This document shows, piece by piece, positions 1-11,600 of a stretch of DNA of 64,000 bases. The position numbers were made by a program, and so were the translations under genes. This stretch comes from Ramazzottius varieornatus (Eukaryota; Animalia; Tardigrada). Location of the stretch: the NCBI GenBank assembly GCA_001949185.1, contig BDGG01000010.1, positions 411,337-475,336 of the forward strand. Reading direction: 5' to 3'. Numbering within the stretch: position 1 is the stretch's first letter; each line of letters begins with the position of its first letter. Below the pieces are notes generated by a model. The model made no database searches and had not been told where the DNA came from. It saw nothing but the letters and a program-made list of their open reading frames with translations.

Positions 1-192
1 GCAATCGCGGGTATTCGCGGAGGGCACGGCGGCGTTTTGAATTATCAATAGTGGCTATAGCCATTTCTATTGCCTATACAGTACAGTGCAGCGCATGCGG
101 CCAGATTTCGTGCTCTAGCAGGAACGTGCTGAGAACATTGTGGTACGGGAAGGTAGAACAAAAACCCACAATCGTCAAGAGGAGCGGGAGAA

Positions 193-1628
193 ATGGCGCG
201 TCCTGAGCCGTCTTCATCGGAGAAGAATGAGATTCGTCTGGTTGACGGACCAAGCGACACCATCTCGGCAGTCAGATTCTCTCCCTCGTTATCAAGTGGA
301 CGTCTCCTGATGGTTAGCAGCTGGGATGGAACTGTACGCATCCACGATACGGACAACAACGTCAAGCGACATCAGTTCGAGATTGGCGAGCCTGTCCTCG
401 ATTGCTGCTTCTCGGTAAGCTCACCCTTCTCGCCTTGTAAAATTAATATTTACTGATTGCTTTTCACGTAGTTTGCTTCTACAGGATTCGACACACGCCT
501 TCTGTGGAGGCTTGGATAACCACATCAAGATGTGTGATCTCAACCACGGCAAGCACTTTGCTGTGGGCAACCACGACGACGCCGTCCGTTGTGTCCATCT
601 CAATACCTCTCGCAACATCATGACCACGGGCAGTTGGGACAAAACTGTCAAAACTTGGGATCCACGCTCTAAATCCGTCTTGGTACTTTCCCAACCAGAC
701 AAGGTATGTTCAAGTCTTGATTACACTGCGAGAAAAGTGGCACCCGGCACGACGATGGTCAAGTCGCCGTTTGAATTTTCACTGGCAGAATCACTGCTCC
801 CGTCTGAGTGGCGCATGATCTCACGATTCTTACGCGTTTATGTGCTGTACTTTGTGACGCATACGTCTTCCACTGGGAATGGAAATGTTTGATTTATTAC
901 TACTGTACTGGTACTGGACAGTTGAAGTCGAATGTGATTGAGAACTTCGTATTTCGGACTGTCGACTGAAGACAAGATTGCTTTTTATTACAGGTCTACA
1001 GTCTGACGAGTGTCAAAGACTACCTGATTGTCGGAACGAAGGATCGGCGCATCTGGATTTGGGATTTACGGAACACGAACGAGCCCATGCAGAAGCGAGA
1101 ATCCAGCTTGAAGTACCAAACTCGCTGCATGACTGGCCTGGCGATGACATCGGATGATGCTTTCTCCGTGGCATCTATTGAAGGTTTGCAATTGTAAAAC
1201 CGAGGCTGCGAACTGGAGGAACCTTGATGATTTTCAGGATGATTATAGGTCGCGTGGCTGTCGAATACTTGGACAGTGACCCAGAGATCCAGAAGAAAAA
1301 GTACGCCTTCAAGTGCCACCGCAACAAGGAAGCAGGCATCGAGATGATCTACCCCGTCAACAGCCTGGTCGTCCATCCTGTCTTCGGTACGATGGCTTCG
1401 GGGGGCTCGGACGGTGTGGTTAACATCTGGGACATCAACAACAAGAAGCGCATGAGCCAGTTTCGTCGACAAGCAAGCACCATCAGCTCCATGGACTTCA
1501 GCAAGGACGGCAAAGTCCTGGCGCTCTCGATCTCGTACCTCTTTGAACGCGAAGATATGCCGAACAAGCCTTGTGAAGATCACGTTATCGTGCGGTCGAT
1601 TGCTGAAAGCGAAGTCAAGCCTAAATAA
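193..1628 (+). CDS. BUB3: Mitotic checkpoint WD40 protein BUB3; 4 exons (193-414, 485-703, 994-1183, 1249-1628)
   Basis: Spliced translation contains PSDTISAVRFS, VSSWDGTVR, RESSLKYQTRC, SIEGRVAVEYLD, KKKYAFKCHR and GGSDGVVNIWD, typical of the Bub3/Rae1 family; QKKKYAFKCHR favours Bub3. GT-AG introns are in compatible phases. Confidence 0.93.
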
Positions 1629-2303
1629 ACGTGTTGCGTATCTTTCGCTGACTTTCTGGCAGCGAGTCTGTTGCCGATATTTCGAGGTTTCCAGCTCTCT
1701 ACATTCAACCGTGTTTTTGGTAGTCATCCTTCATATGAGCATATGACTCTCTTACGTAAGTATTGCGCTGTAAAATACGATTTTCGGAAGATTTGTTTGG
1801 GGTGGAAGTCTTCCAAAGATTCCGAGAGAGAACCCGAACAAGGACGAAGTGTAACGAGTAAAAGTACAAGTACCGAGTACGCGTGTAATATACATGCTTT
1901 GCGGCTGGTCAGTATGACGTCGTCGTTTGTCATTCAGTATTGCAGAGAAACCATGACATCATAGATGGTGATTCTGTCCGGTCCGTCTGGCGCCCTGGTT
2001 AAAATGAAAGGGAGCAGAGAGAATGAATGGACCGAGTTGCGTAGGCAGCGCAGTGTAGGCCAGGCAAAGGGAACGTAGAACGAGTGCGTGTGGCGGTGGT
2101 GGCAGTCGGCTGTTTGCAATGAAGGAAAGACCAAATAATTTGTAGAAAAAGTGGAACATCCAGAAGAAGATCCGACAATTCCATCGTCATCAGGAAGAAC
2201 AAGATCCATCCCTCCCCATCTGCCTGCCTTCTCCCGAAACATCGCCATCGGAAAGACCCTGCAGGACAGATTATTGCAAGGCTGTGACGACATCTAATCC
2301 AAC

Positions 2304-3586
2304 ATGGCCGATCAAGGAGGACAGCAAGGAGGACAGACGCCACAGCAGAACAACAGCTCTCAAGGCCAAGGAGACTCCGGCCAGGGTGGACAGGATCAAG
2401 CCCAGATCCCCAAGAAAGTTGTCGGTAAGTGCATGATCTTCTCTTGTTCGTGTTTTTGATCTCGCAAGTAGAATATGAAGCATTGCCGGGATGATATTTC
2501 GACATCGGTTCGAGCAGTAGATCCTCGTCCTACGGTGCATCCGATCAATGAATAAAAATCAATGGGTGTCCGGCTTGTGGGCTTGATTGAATCTGCGCGT
2601 CTGGGTCAATCTTGTGTACCATCCTGCGTACACATGCACGCTATGTTGTCCATATACCGTTGTACGCATCTCATTGAAATGTCCCATCTGGGCCATCTCG
2701 AGCCGAGCAGCAGGAAATCAATTTCGATATCCACCTTGACGTGTTTTCTTGCGGGAAGTAGTTTCCTCTGGTGCTGAAAAAACCTTCCGGAAATAGGGCT
2801 TCATGCAAACTCAGAAACGAAGGAGCTTTTCAAGAAAGGAGCTTGTCGGACTTGCGGTTGGCAAGCTCAGCTTACTTCGAGAAAGACACTGGAGTGTTTA
2901 TTGTGACTTCTTCGTTCTCTTGCGCATCTGTTCTCATGAAGACTAACGTTCTATTTCCGTTTGTTTTCAGCCACCAAGGTGACCGGTGTGGTGAAATGGT
3001 TCAACGTCAAGAGCGGATACGGATTCATCAACCGGTATGATGAGAGTCTTCCCTTTGCCGCAGATTTTTCTGACAAATTCATATCTTTCTTTCAGAAATG
3101 ATACTAAGGAAGACATCTTTATCCATCAGTCAGCAATCACCCGAAACAACCCCGAGAAGTTCCTAAGGAGCGTGGGTGACAACGAACAAGTGGAGTTCGA
3201 CGTTGTCGAAGGAGAAAAGGTAAGTTCGTCACGAATCCCTTTTTGGTCGCGCGTGACGTTAACAGTTAACGGCTTGTTGGCACCGAACGAAGCGTTAAGC
3301 ACGGTATGACGTCCTGCGAGATGGACGTATGTGGGACACCGTGTTACATGTCGTGTATTGCGTGTGGAGACACTGGTTCGCGGACCGATTTTATGGTGTA
3401 TGACGTTGGTGTATGACGTTTCTGCGTCTTGGTTCTCATTGTGCTTTGTGATGCAGGGTCTGGAAGCAGCCAACGTGACAGGACCCGAAGGAGCACCCGT
3501 CGAAGGCAGTCCTTACGCCAGCAACCGCGGCCGAGGACGTGGTCGAGGAAGAGGCCGCTTCCGAGGACGCGGATACCGAGGATATC

Positions 3587-3617
<31 letters not shown>

Positions 3618-4787
3618 TTATCAGGTACCTGGGCGCAGCTTCCACGCTCATTCTTTACTTTACGATAATCAATAAGATAAATGAGGATGATCCACATAAA
3701 ACTAGAAGACGATATCCGGCAGTTCGCTGCTGTAAAATGTCGTCTGATGACTGCTAGTAAATCAGTTTTCAATCTGAAACAAAATCGTATCCAGGACTTT
3801 CCAAACTACAAACTTTGAGAGGGATAAAACAAAAGTAAAGACGTTAATTTCCATTGTAGTACGATCAAGGTGGCCAAGGAGACGACGGCTATGGCCAAGG
3901 CGGAAATGACGGTTACGGCTACCAGACCGACAACTACGTTCCCCGAGGACGTGGACGAGGAGGATACCGCGGGTATCGAGGTGGTGGTTACCGCGGAGGA
4001 CGAGGCGGATACCAGGGTGGAGATGACCAAGGTGGCGACCAGGGCGCTTACACCCAAGATCAGAACGGCGGAGTAAGTACTGTAGGAGTAGGGAAACAAG
4101 CGCGAGCCGAACGATTTTCCCAAGTGGCGCATGCTTTCAGTCAAGATCACTGGCAAATTGCGCCACTTGAAAAAGTAATCTGGTCGAGTTTTCCAAGTGG
4201 CGCGCCCTTTCCAAGCCAGTATTACTGAGAACATGCGCCACTAGGATAAATGATTTTGCTGATCTTGTTTGCCGAGTTTCCACTATGTATTGCAGAACAA
4301 GATTTAGATTGACGTGTGTGTGTTTGACTCCAGGATCAGTCCGGAGACCAGTCTGGTGGATATGGAGGTCGCCGTGGTGGTCGTCGAGGAGGTGGTTACC
4401 GCGGGGGACGTGGCTACCGTCGTGGTGGTCGCGCCGGCAACAGTCAGTCGGACGGTACTGGCGGGGATGACAACCAAGATGGCGGATACCAACAACAAGA
4501 GGGAGGCACCCAAGATCAAGACTATGGCGGCCAGAACAACGCGGCTGCTAGCGACAACTACCGAGGCAGTGGTGGACGTGGACCACGCCGAGGACGATCC
4601 TTCTCGCGACGAGGACGTCGCAGTGGCGGAGGAGGAAACGTAAGTTGATGAAAGACTCATTAAATTTTCTGGATGAAACTGAATTGGGCCTCTTCGTTTG
4701 TAGGATCAAGGAGGAGATAATAACAACGATAACTCCGGCGGCGGTGACAGCTCGGCCGTTACTGGAGACCAGCAATGGTCTGGTTGA
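2304..4787 (+). CDS. YBX: Y-box (cold-shock domain) RNA/DNA-binding protein; 7 exons (2304-2424, 2971-3034, 3096-3219, 3457-3624, 3860-4072, 4334-4639, 4704-4787)
   Basis: Cold-shock domain [35 protein letters not shown]...[27 protein letters not shown], followed by alternating RG/RGG-rich and D/Q/G-rich blocks. Confidence 0.95.
4092..4280. repeat. Intronic palindromic element, double-hairpin copy, Y-box intron 5
   Basis: Two CAAGTGGCGC...TGCGCCACT pairs inside GGAAACAA...TTGTTTGCC ends. Confidence 0.8.
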
Positions 4788-5666
4788 GGACGGGAAGAAG
4801 AAGTCAGATCAAAAAAGCAACGTTTCTCTTCGTGGCTTTTTTGAATTGCTTTTTTTCTTTGGTAACCGTTTGCATGCTTTTTGACACTGAGCGCGTTTGT
4901 TTGTTGTCCACCATAACCAAACACACACTTGTTTGACCATCTAATTTAAGAACTTTGATATTTAGTAATTATCCAGCTTTGTTTTGTCCATCGAGAAACT
5001 GTTCCGTGTTCACTGGGGGGCAGATGACAGGGTTTGGTCGTTGACTGTGCGCGTCGGTGCATGGTTGTTAAATATTGGGCTTTGGCGTCAGGTTCCTGCT
5101 TCTTTCAGTAATTCAGGATCGAGGAAGAGCCTCCTGCGGACTGCTAGTTCCTGGACGATAAATTGGTAATCCCAATCAGTGATTTTGAGGCGTCACATTC
5201 GTAAAAAGACGATGCTGGTGAGTCGAAGCGTCGTGCTCTTGCACGCTCGCTGCGTTCTCAGATTTCGATTTGTCATGCAGTTCAAGGCAGAAGTTTGCTT
5301 AGATGGGGACATTGCAGCGCCCGCCATGCATTGCTTGCGCGGCTGGTTAGGTTGCATCCATTACAAGCTCTTTCCTGTTTCGCTCTGTGCACATCTGCGA
5401 GTAGGTTATCACTTATCACTTTGCCTTTGGCTCCGTCGAGTTGTTTTTGCCCCCAAAGTGCTCTCTTCTCCGACCTTGAAGTGGCACCTCCTCAAGGATA
5501 TAGTGGTCGATCCAAGACTGAGTGCTGTTCGAAGAAAGCTGGATCTGTATTTTTCTGCAGGGACGTGACGGTTGGGCGTGATACATGCTGCATGCCGATG
5601 CAACGAGGCGACGGAGCCGAAGGAGGAGCATATCCTTGATGGGCTGGAGGTAGCTCTGTTGATCTA

Positions 5667-8600
5667 ATGTCAAGACTGGATACCTGGAACTCAGCGCGCA
5701 ACATGGACATCAACTCAGTTTATTCAGGTGAGCTGGAACATGGAATGAACTGATTTTGTTGTGCGTGTCGCAGGTATGGCAAATATCGCCTTCACCATCG
5801 ACGCGTCATGTACCTTTCAAAACTTCTTCGCCGTTTCTGGTTGATCTTGTTCAGCGCAAGGCAAAGGGACGATTGTCTGAACTCTGCTACAAAGTTTTAC
5901 AGCATTTGTAGACGACACGGACAATGTGTTCGTTAGTCAACAGGTTGCCAAACTGAATTTAAACTACCTCGGTCAACTCGCGCAAGACGTTTTACGTTAG
6001 ATGGAGTTGCACGTGAGTTCTCTGACCTCATGCGCGAGTTTTGAAGTTTTGGTACCTGGTTGTGTTACAGTACTTTGTTTCTACCTTCCTTTCATCTGGG
6101 TTTGCCGAAAGAAAGTTCGCCTACAGTGTTTACAACATGAAAGAAGGCTTTAAACAACCAGACAAGCTCACAGCGATACTGTAGGGTTATTTATTGCAGT
6201 CAGAGAACACATCGTTGCTTTAGGCCGCTGCCTAGCTTCTCCGGCTGTGGGAGGGCTAGTTTTCCGTACCATCTGCGCGAATAGCCACAGAACGAGAACT
6301 TTAGATCGAGTGGTCGTTACGGTTTTTGTATAAACTATGAAGCAAGAAGATTTTTTTAAACGAGCGAGAAGAATCAGACGAGCTGAGAAGAAAAGCGGAT
6401 ATTGTCGCGGTCATTTCAGTCTTGGTTTTACGGTGTCGATAAGTGAGGCAATTAAAAATCTGGCGTCGACTTTTGATTACACAATACTCTGCTCGAGTGT
6501 TGTTTGGGCGATACGGCTATCTCGCAAGTCACAAGTTGCCCTACAGTTATAGAATCACAGACGGGAGCCCGGCAGACAAACTCGACCAGATCGTTGTCCC
6601 AAGTAGCGCACGTTATCGATGTGGCTGGCTGGAAGCGTGCGCGACTTGGGAAAACGATCTACTCGAGGTTGTCAAATCGAGAAACCAAATGTGAAAGAGA
6701 AGACCTCACCAGTAAAAAAGAGGTCTCCGCCACACAGCACTCGCATTGGGTACACTCCGTAACCTAATCTCCTACGTGAACGAGGTGTGACTCTTGCATA
6801 TTCAGTGATAATGTTTTTGTAGATGAGCCCATGTCGTCGTCGCTGGATGGAACCGATGCCGAGCCGACACGCGATCGGCTGGACCATCTGGAGAAGCTGG
6901 TTCATCATCAAGGTAGTATACCATACACGTTCGATGGCATCTCTCAATGTTGAATAGAGATTCATACAACCTTCCGCATTGACGAGCAGTCAAAGCGATT
7001 AACTCGTAAATCTTTTATGAGGCCCTGCTGCGTTTTCATATTCAATAAGCCGTGACAAGTTGATACAGTACCGTGTGTGTTTTGCAGCCGATGAGATTGT
7101 ACTGCTACGCAGTGTTATCGCCGAGCTGGTCAGACGAGTTACGGAGCTGGAAACAACTAGCCGGGGTAGTGCCACATCTCGTGAACGCTCGTGTAAGTTT
7201 GAACAAGCTTTCCAAATCTATAACTTGTTCATACAGTTCACCGACATGGATCTGTGATACGCCCACACGAACCTCTCGGGCGGGCTTTACCTTGTCGTGA
7301 TCATCATGGTTCGGTGTTATTGAATATTATGCGGGCCATATTCCACAGGGCGTACACCTTACAGTCTAGATTACCATCGAGTTTAAGTAAACCCAACATT
7401 CCAATATCTTGGCGTCAGAATCTTGTAGGACTCGAGATCTCGAGGAACTCGCTGGTCGGAATACAACGCGGCAAAAACAGGAGCTCGGCAGACAAAGTCG
7501 ACAAGATTGTTTTGCCAAGTGGCGCACGTTTCCAGTGTTACTGGCCAAAAGAGTGCGCCACTTGCGAGAACGATCTTGCTGAATTTGTTTGCTCAGGTGC
7601 CGGGTATATTAGTAATCGGAAGTCTGATTCTAAAAAGTAAGTAACGAATGGATCTGAGGAAACTTTCTTGGGCCAAAGGTGCGGGCAGTTTATCGAGTGG
7701 GTTTGCTGATGTCCACGCCTGAACATAAAATGGCATTGAGGGCATTTCGTATCCATGAGCTTTTCGAACATGTAAAGATTAATGTTGCTGTTCCTGGATT
7801 CGAGGTTGTTTGGGCTGCCGGAAGCCACCGCTTTTCTCGAGTGCTCGGCGCCGCTACTTCCGGTGGGGCGGGCTGGAGGGTGGCGGGTTATTTGGATTGA
7901 CGCGTCTACACGTGTATGATCCAAATTTAAAGGTCTCCGTTTCCGTCGGACGATCTGGGGCCCAGTCAGCAAAGTCCGTCGGCTCGATAGGGGATTTTTA
8001 TAAAGTCATTTAAACTCATCGCGATCTTCGTTTTCTTTGCCGCTTTGGCCAACGGAGTACACGTGCAATAATTTGATTGCGGCGCATTTCTAGGCGAGCA
8101 CCAAGCTGCAATACTGCAGTACTTCGAACCGAACCCGAATAGAAAAGACGAAATAAACCGGGAAATTTTGCGCGAGGTTCAACGTGCTACGTCGAGTTCG
8201 AAGTGGTGTTGTTCTCGTAGTTACATCGAGTAACGGAACTTCCGGAAGCAGCACCCTAACCCTTCCCACCCGCTCATCCACCAACCGTTCTTCGCTGGGG
8301 AACTCCACGTCCTCAGCGCTGAGTACCAGCAGGTCCACCCTGACCAACAAGAATGCCGGACACCACCTGTCCAGCGAATCTCTACAGTCGACCGGTACAG
8401 CCAGGAACAGCTATGGCGGTGGCGGTGGTGGGATACGAGCTTCGCCTTCGATGGATCGACTGGCGACACCCAAGTCCGCTGTGGGCAGTCACACGATGGG
8501 TCGGAGTCCGGCCAACAAGGCGACGACACCGACGACGCCCATGCGGAAGTGGACATCCAACTCGGACTTTCAGAATGGCGTCAATAGTAACTCGCTGACT

Positions 8601-11600
8601 TATTCGATGCCTTCGCCCGCAAACAGCCACTCGTCGTGAGTTCCCTCTCATCAGATTAGGAATCATCTCATCCAAAAGCAGTGTTCAAACCACACACTCA
8701 GTTGTTTGTATCTTGCAAGAAAATGAACCGTGGAAAAAAATGAAGAATGATTGGTCCGGCACGATTCAAAGTTGAAACTTGGTTCCCGAAACCAATGTTG
8801 TACATAAAACAAAAGTAGGGTTAGGCCGGTATTGATAAAACTATCGGAGCCAAATTTCTGTTAGATGAACCATTTTTCCACCATTGTAAAGATGAAGCGC
8901 ATGTTTCGTTGGTTTCAGGGGCTATGGGCAGACCACCTCAGGCTCGTCCACTTCCAGACGATATGGATCGCAGACTCAACTGAATGCTCCACCATCTTTC
9001 ACCTCCACATCGTCCAGTAGCGCTTCACAAGCAACGTACCGCTCGGCGACCCAACTGCCGGTCTCCCTGGCCCACAAGGAACCCGTCTTCAACCCTGGTA
9101 AGTTCCTCGACGCCTTCCCCCGTCTAACATCAACTTTCCGTGTAGTGACCGTCTTTGAGGAGTCAAAGGTGTAATAACAATGGACTTTCCTTCCATAGAT
9201 GATGGATACCTGCATGTGACGATTCGGGGCAAAGGCATGAACTTTCATGTTCCCACCGAGTATTGCATGAAGCAGTCACTAACCATGCCTAATCCGCCAC
9301 CTAACCAGCAACTCAAACTGGAATGGGCGTACGTCTCTTGTTCCGTAGCATCTCTTAGTGTTCTTTAGCTTGTGGTTAATATGGATGCTTCGTGATAGGT
9401 ACGGCTATCGTGGTCGTGATGTGAGAGGAAACCTCCACTGCATCGCCACTGGCGAGTGTGTCTACTTCGTGGCCTCAGTAGTCGTCCTGGCAAACTTCCA
9501 GGAGGACTTGCAGAGACATTACCTCGGCCACTCGGACGACATCCGATGGTACGTAAAGTCCACAGTATGTTGATCGCTCGTCACCTCGACCGTCATTCAG
9601 AATCGTACGATACGCTTGGCACTAAGTTCGAAACTTACCATAGGTTTGCTTTGTTTCAGTTTGGCTGTGCATCCCAATCGGTTGATCATAGCTTCTGGAC
9701 AGACTGGCATCTACGACAAAAAAAGCGACTCTAAAGTGAGAAAGTCTCGGCAATAAAGACCACGGGCAATACTCTGAAGAAACGAACGTGGTTACAGTTT
9801 AATATGAATGTCTGGGTGAATTAGGATGGATACTGACGATCCAGATCGAGAGGACATCTATTCTAATTTGTGTCCTGGCTAACTTTGATATTTCGTTGTA
9901 GAGAAGGGGCGCTGTCTCCCCAACAGCAGACCAAGCCTTCGACATCTCCCTGGACAAGGTGGTCCACATTCGCATATGGGACGCCGTCAGCTTGCAGACC
10001 TTACACGTCTTAGGCGGCCACGGTGAGTTCGAGAAGGGCTTTTCAACTCTAGCCTTCTCCAAGATGGACGGTGGGGCCCTACTCAGTGTCATCGATGAAA
10101 GCCAGGAACATACCCTCACTCTGTGGGACTGGCAGAAAGGCCTTACGCGAGGCTCACGCATAGCCATGACACAGGTACGAACTCTTTGAATTATTCCGTT
10201 ACATTCCTTTTACCCCCATTCAATATTTTTTCACAATTTTTAGTGTGGACCGGAAGCGGTCTTTGCTTGCGAGTTCCACCCAGCAGTCCCCAACCTGATG
10301 ATCACCTGTGGAAAAAGTAATATTTTCTTCTGGACTTTGGATGGTTCGACGTTCGCTCTAAGCAAAGTCGCCGGAAATTTCGAGGTTAGTCAGGCCGGGT
10401 TGATTATTTGGGAGCTCGGCAAACAAACTCGACCAGATAATTTTTCCAAGTGGCGCGCATTTTCAGTCTTACTGGCTGGCAGCCCGCGCCACTTGGGATT
10501 GGAAGTGGCGCACTTTTCCAGCAAATAACACTGAAAGCATGCGCCACTTGGGAAACACTCTGCTCGAGTCTGTTCGCCGGGCCGAGAGCTTTCACCGTAT
10601 ATCTTCTAAGAATACAATATCTGGAAGGTTGTCCTTCATGGTTCGTGACTGGGCTTTACAGAGGGTCGAGAGGCCAAAGTATATTTTGTGCCTATGCTTC
10701 AGCGAAGCTGGCGATATCATCACCGGTGATTCCAGCGGGAACATTATCTCTTGGGGAAGAGGTAATCTAATTCTGAACTGTAAAAACTTTTAATTTCGCT
10801 TTCCGGAAAATGGAATTTTAATTTTAATGCCATGGATTTTTTTCCAGCGGCAGGGAACAGAGTGAGGCAGATCGTGAATAATGCTCATCCAGGTGGAGTC
10901 TTCGTCCTGTTATCGTGTGATGACGGGACGTTAGTGTCAGGGGGAAAGGACAAACGGCTGTTGGTGTGGGACCAAGACTTGAACAAGACAGGGATGGAGT
11001 ATGAGCTGCCGGACAAGTACGGCACGGCGCGCTCCTTGGCTCAAAGCTCGACGTTGCAGCTGCTGGTCGGCACCAACCGCAACTGCCTCATCCAGGGACA
11101 CTTTCATACTGGCTTCAACCTCGTTGTCCAGGTATGTTTCATATTGACATCATTTAATCAAAATATCCAGTCGCATCTTTTCCCGGGGAAATCTCGTAGA
11201 AAGTTTGTAGAACTCAAGTTCCGGCCAGTGGGCTTTTGTACGCCAATGTGTACACGCAGGACGAGAAATTATGGTACAGGCCTTTTCGCTACGGCGGTAC
11301 GGGAGCACGTACGTACGCGACCGATTCACAGTAACACATTTTTCGACACTTTTCTACGGTCGAATTTCCATTTCGCCGTCCTCTCGGCCTGTCCCATAAT
11401 TTTCACTGTACCATAATTTCTCATCTTGCGTGTACCGAACGTGTAATTTCAGCATTTAATCTGACAGGGGGATAATGGCAACCGTCAAATCCCGATACTA
11501 AAACCGATACCGCAGGGAGATAGAAGAGACGTTCTCTACAGTTTGAGCTATAGGCCTAGTCAGAAGAAAAATCCTGGAAGCTACTGCGGGATCCGGAAGT

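Noticed and set aside
730-830. Copy of the intronic palindrome family in BUB3 intron 2
   Set aside because: Only isolated AAGTGGCAC and GAGTGGCGCA words in the same orientation; no mirror arm.
1623-1629. AATAAA overlapping the BUB3 stop codon
   Set aside because: Arises trivially from AAA-TAA-A; without 3'-end data it cannot be called a poly(A) signal.
3680-3780. Possible C/D-box snoRNA in Y-box intron 4
   Set aside because: Only imperfect C-box and scattered CTGA motifs; no terminal stem or recognisable rRNA guide.
5179-5639. 100+ aa ORFs between the Y-box gene and EML
   Set aside because: No recognisable motifs or coding-like composition; probably UTR, promoter or intron sequence.
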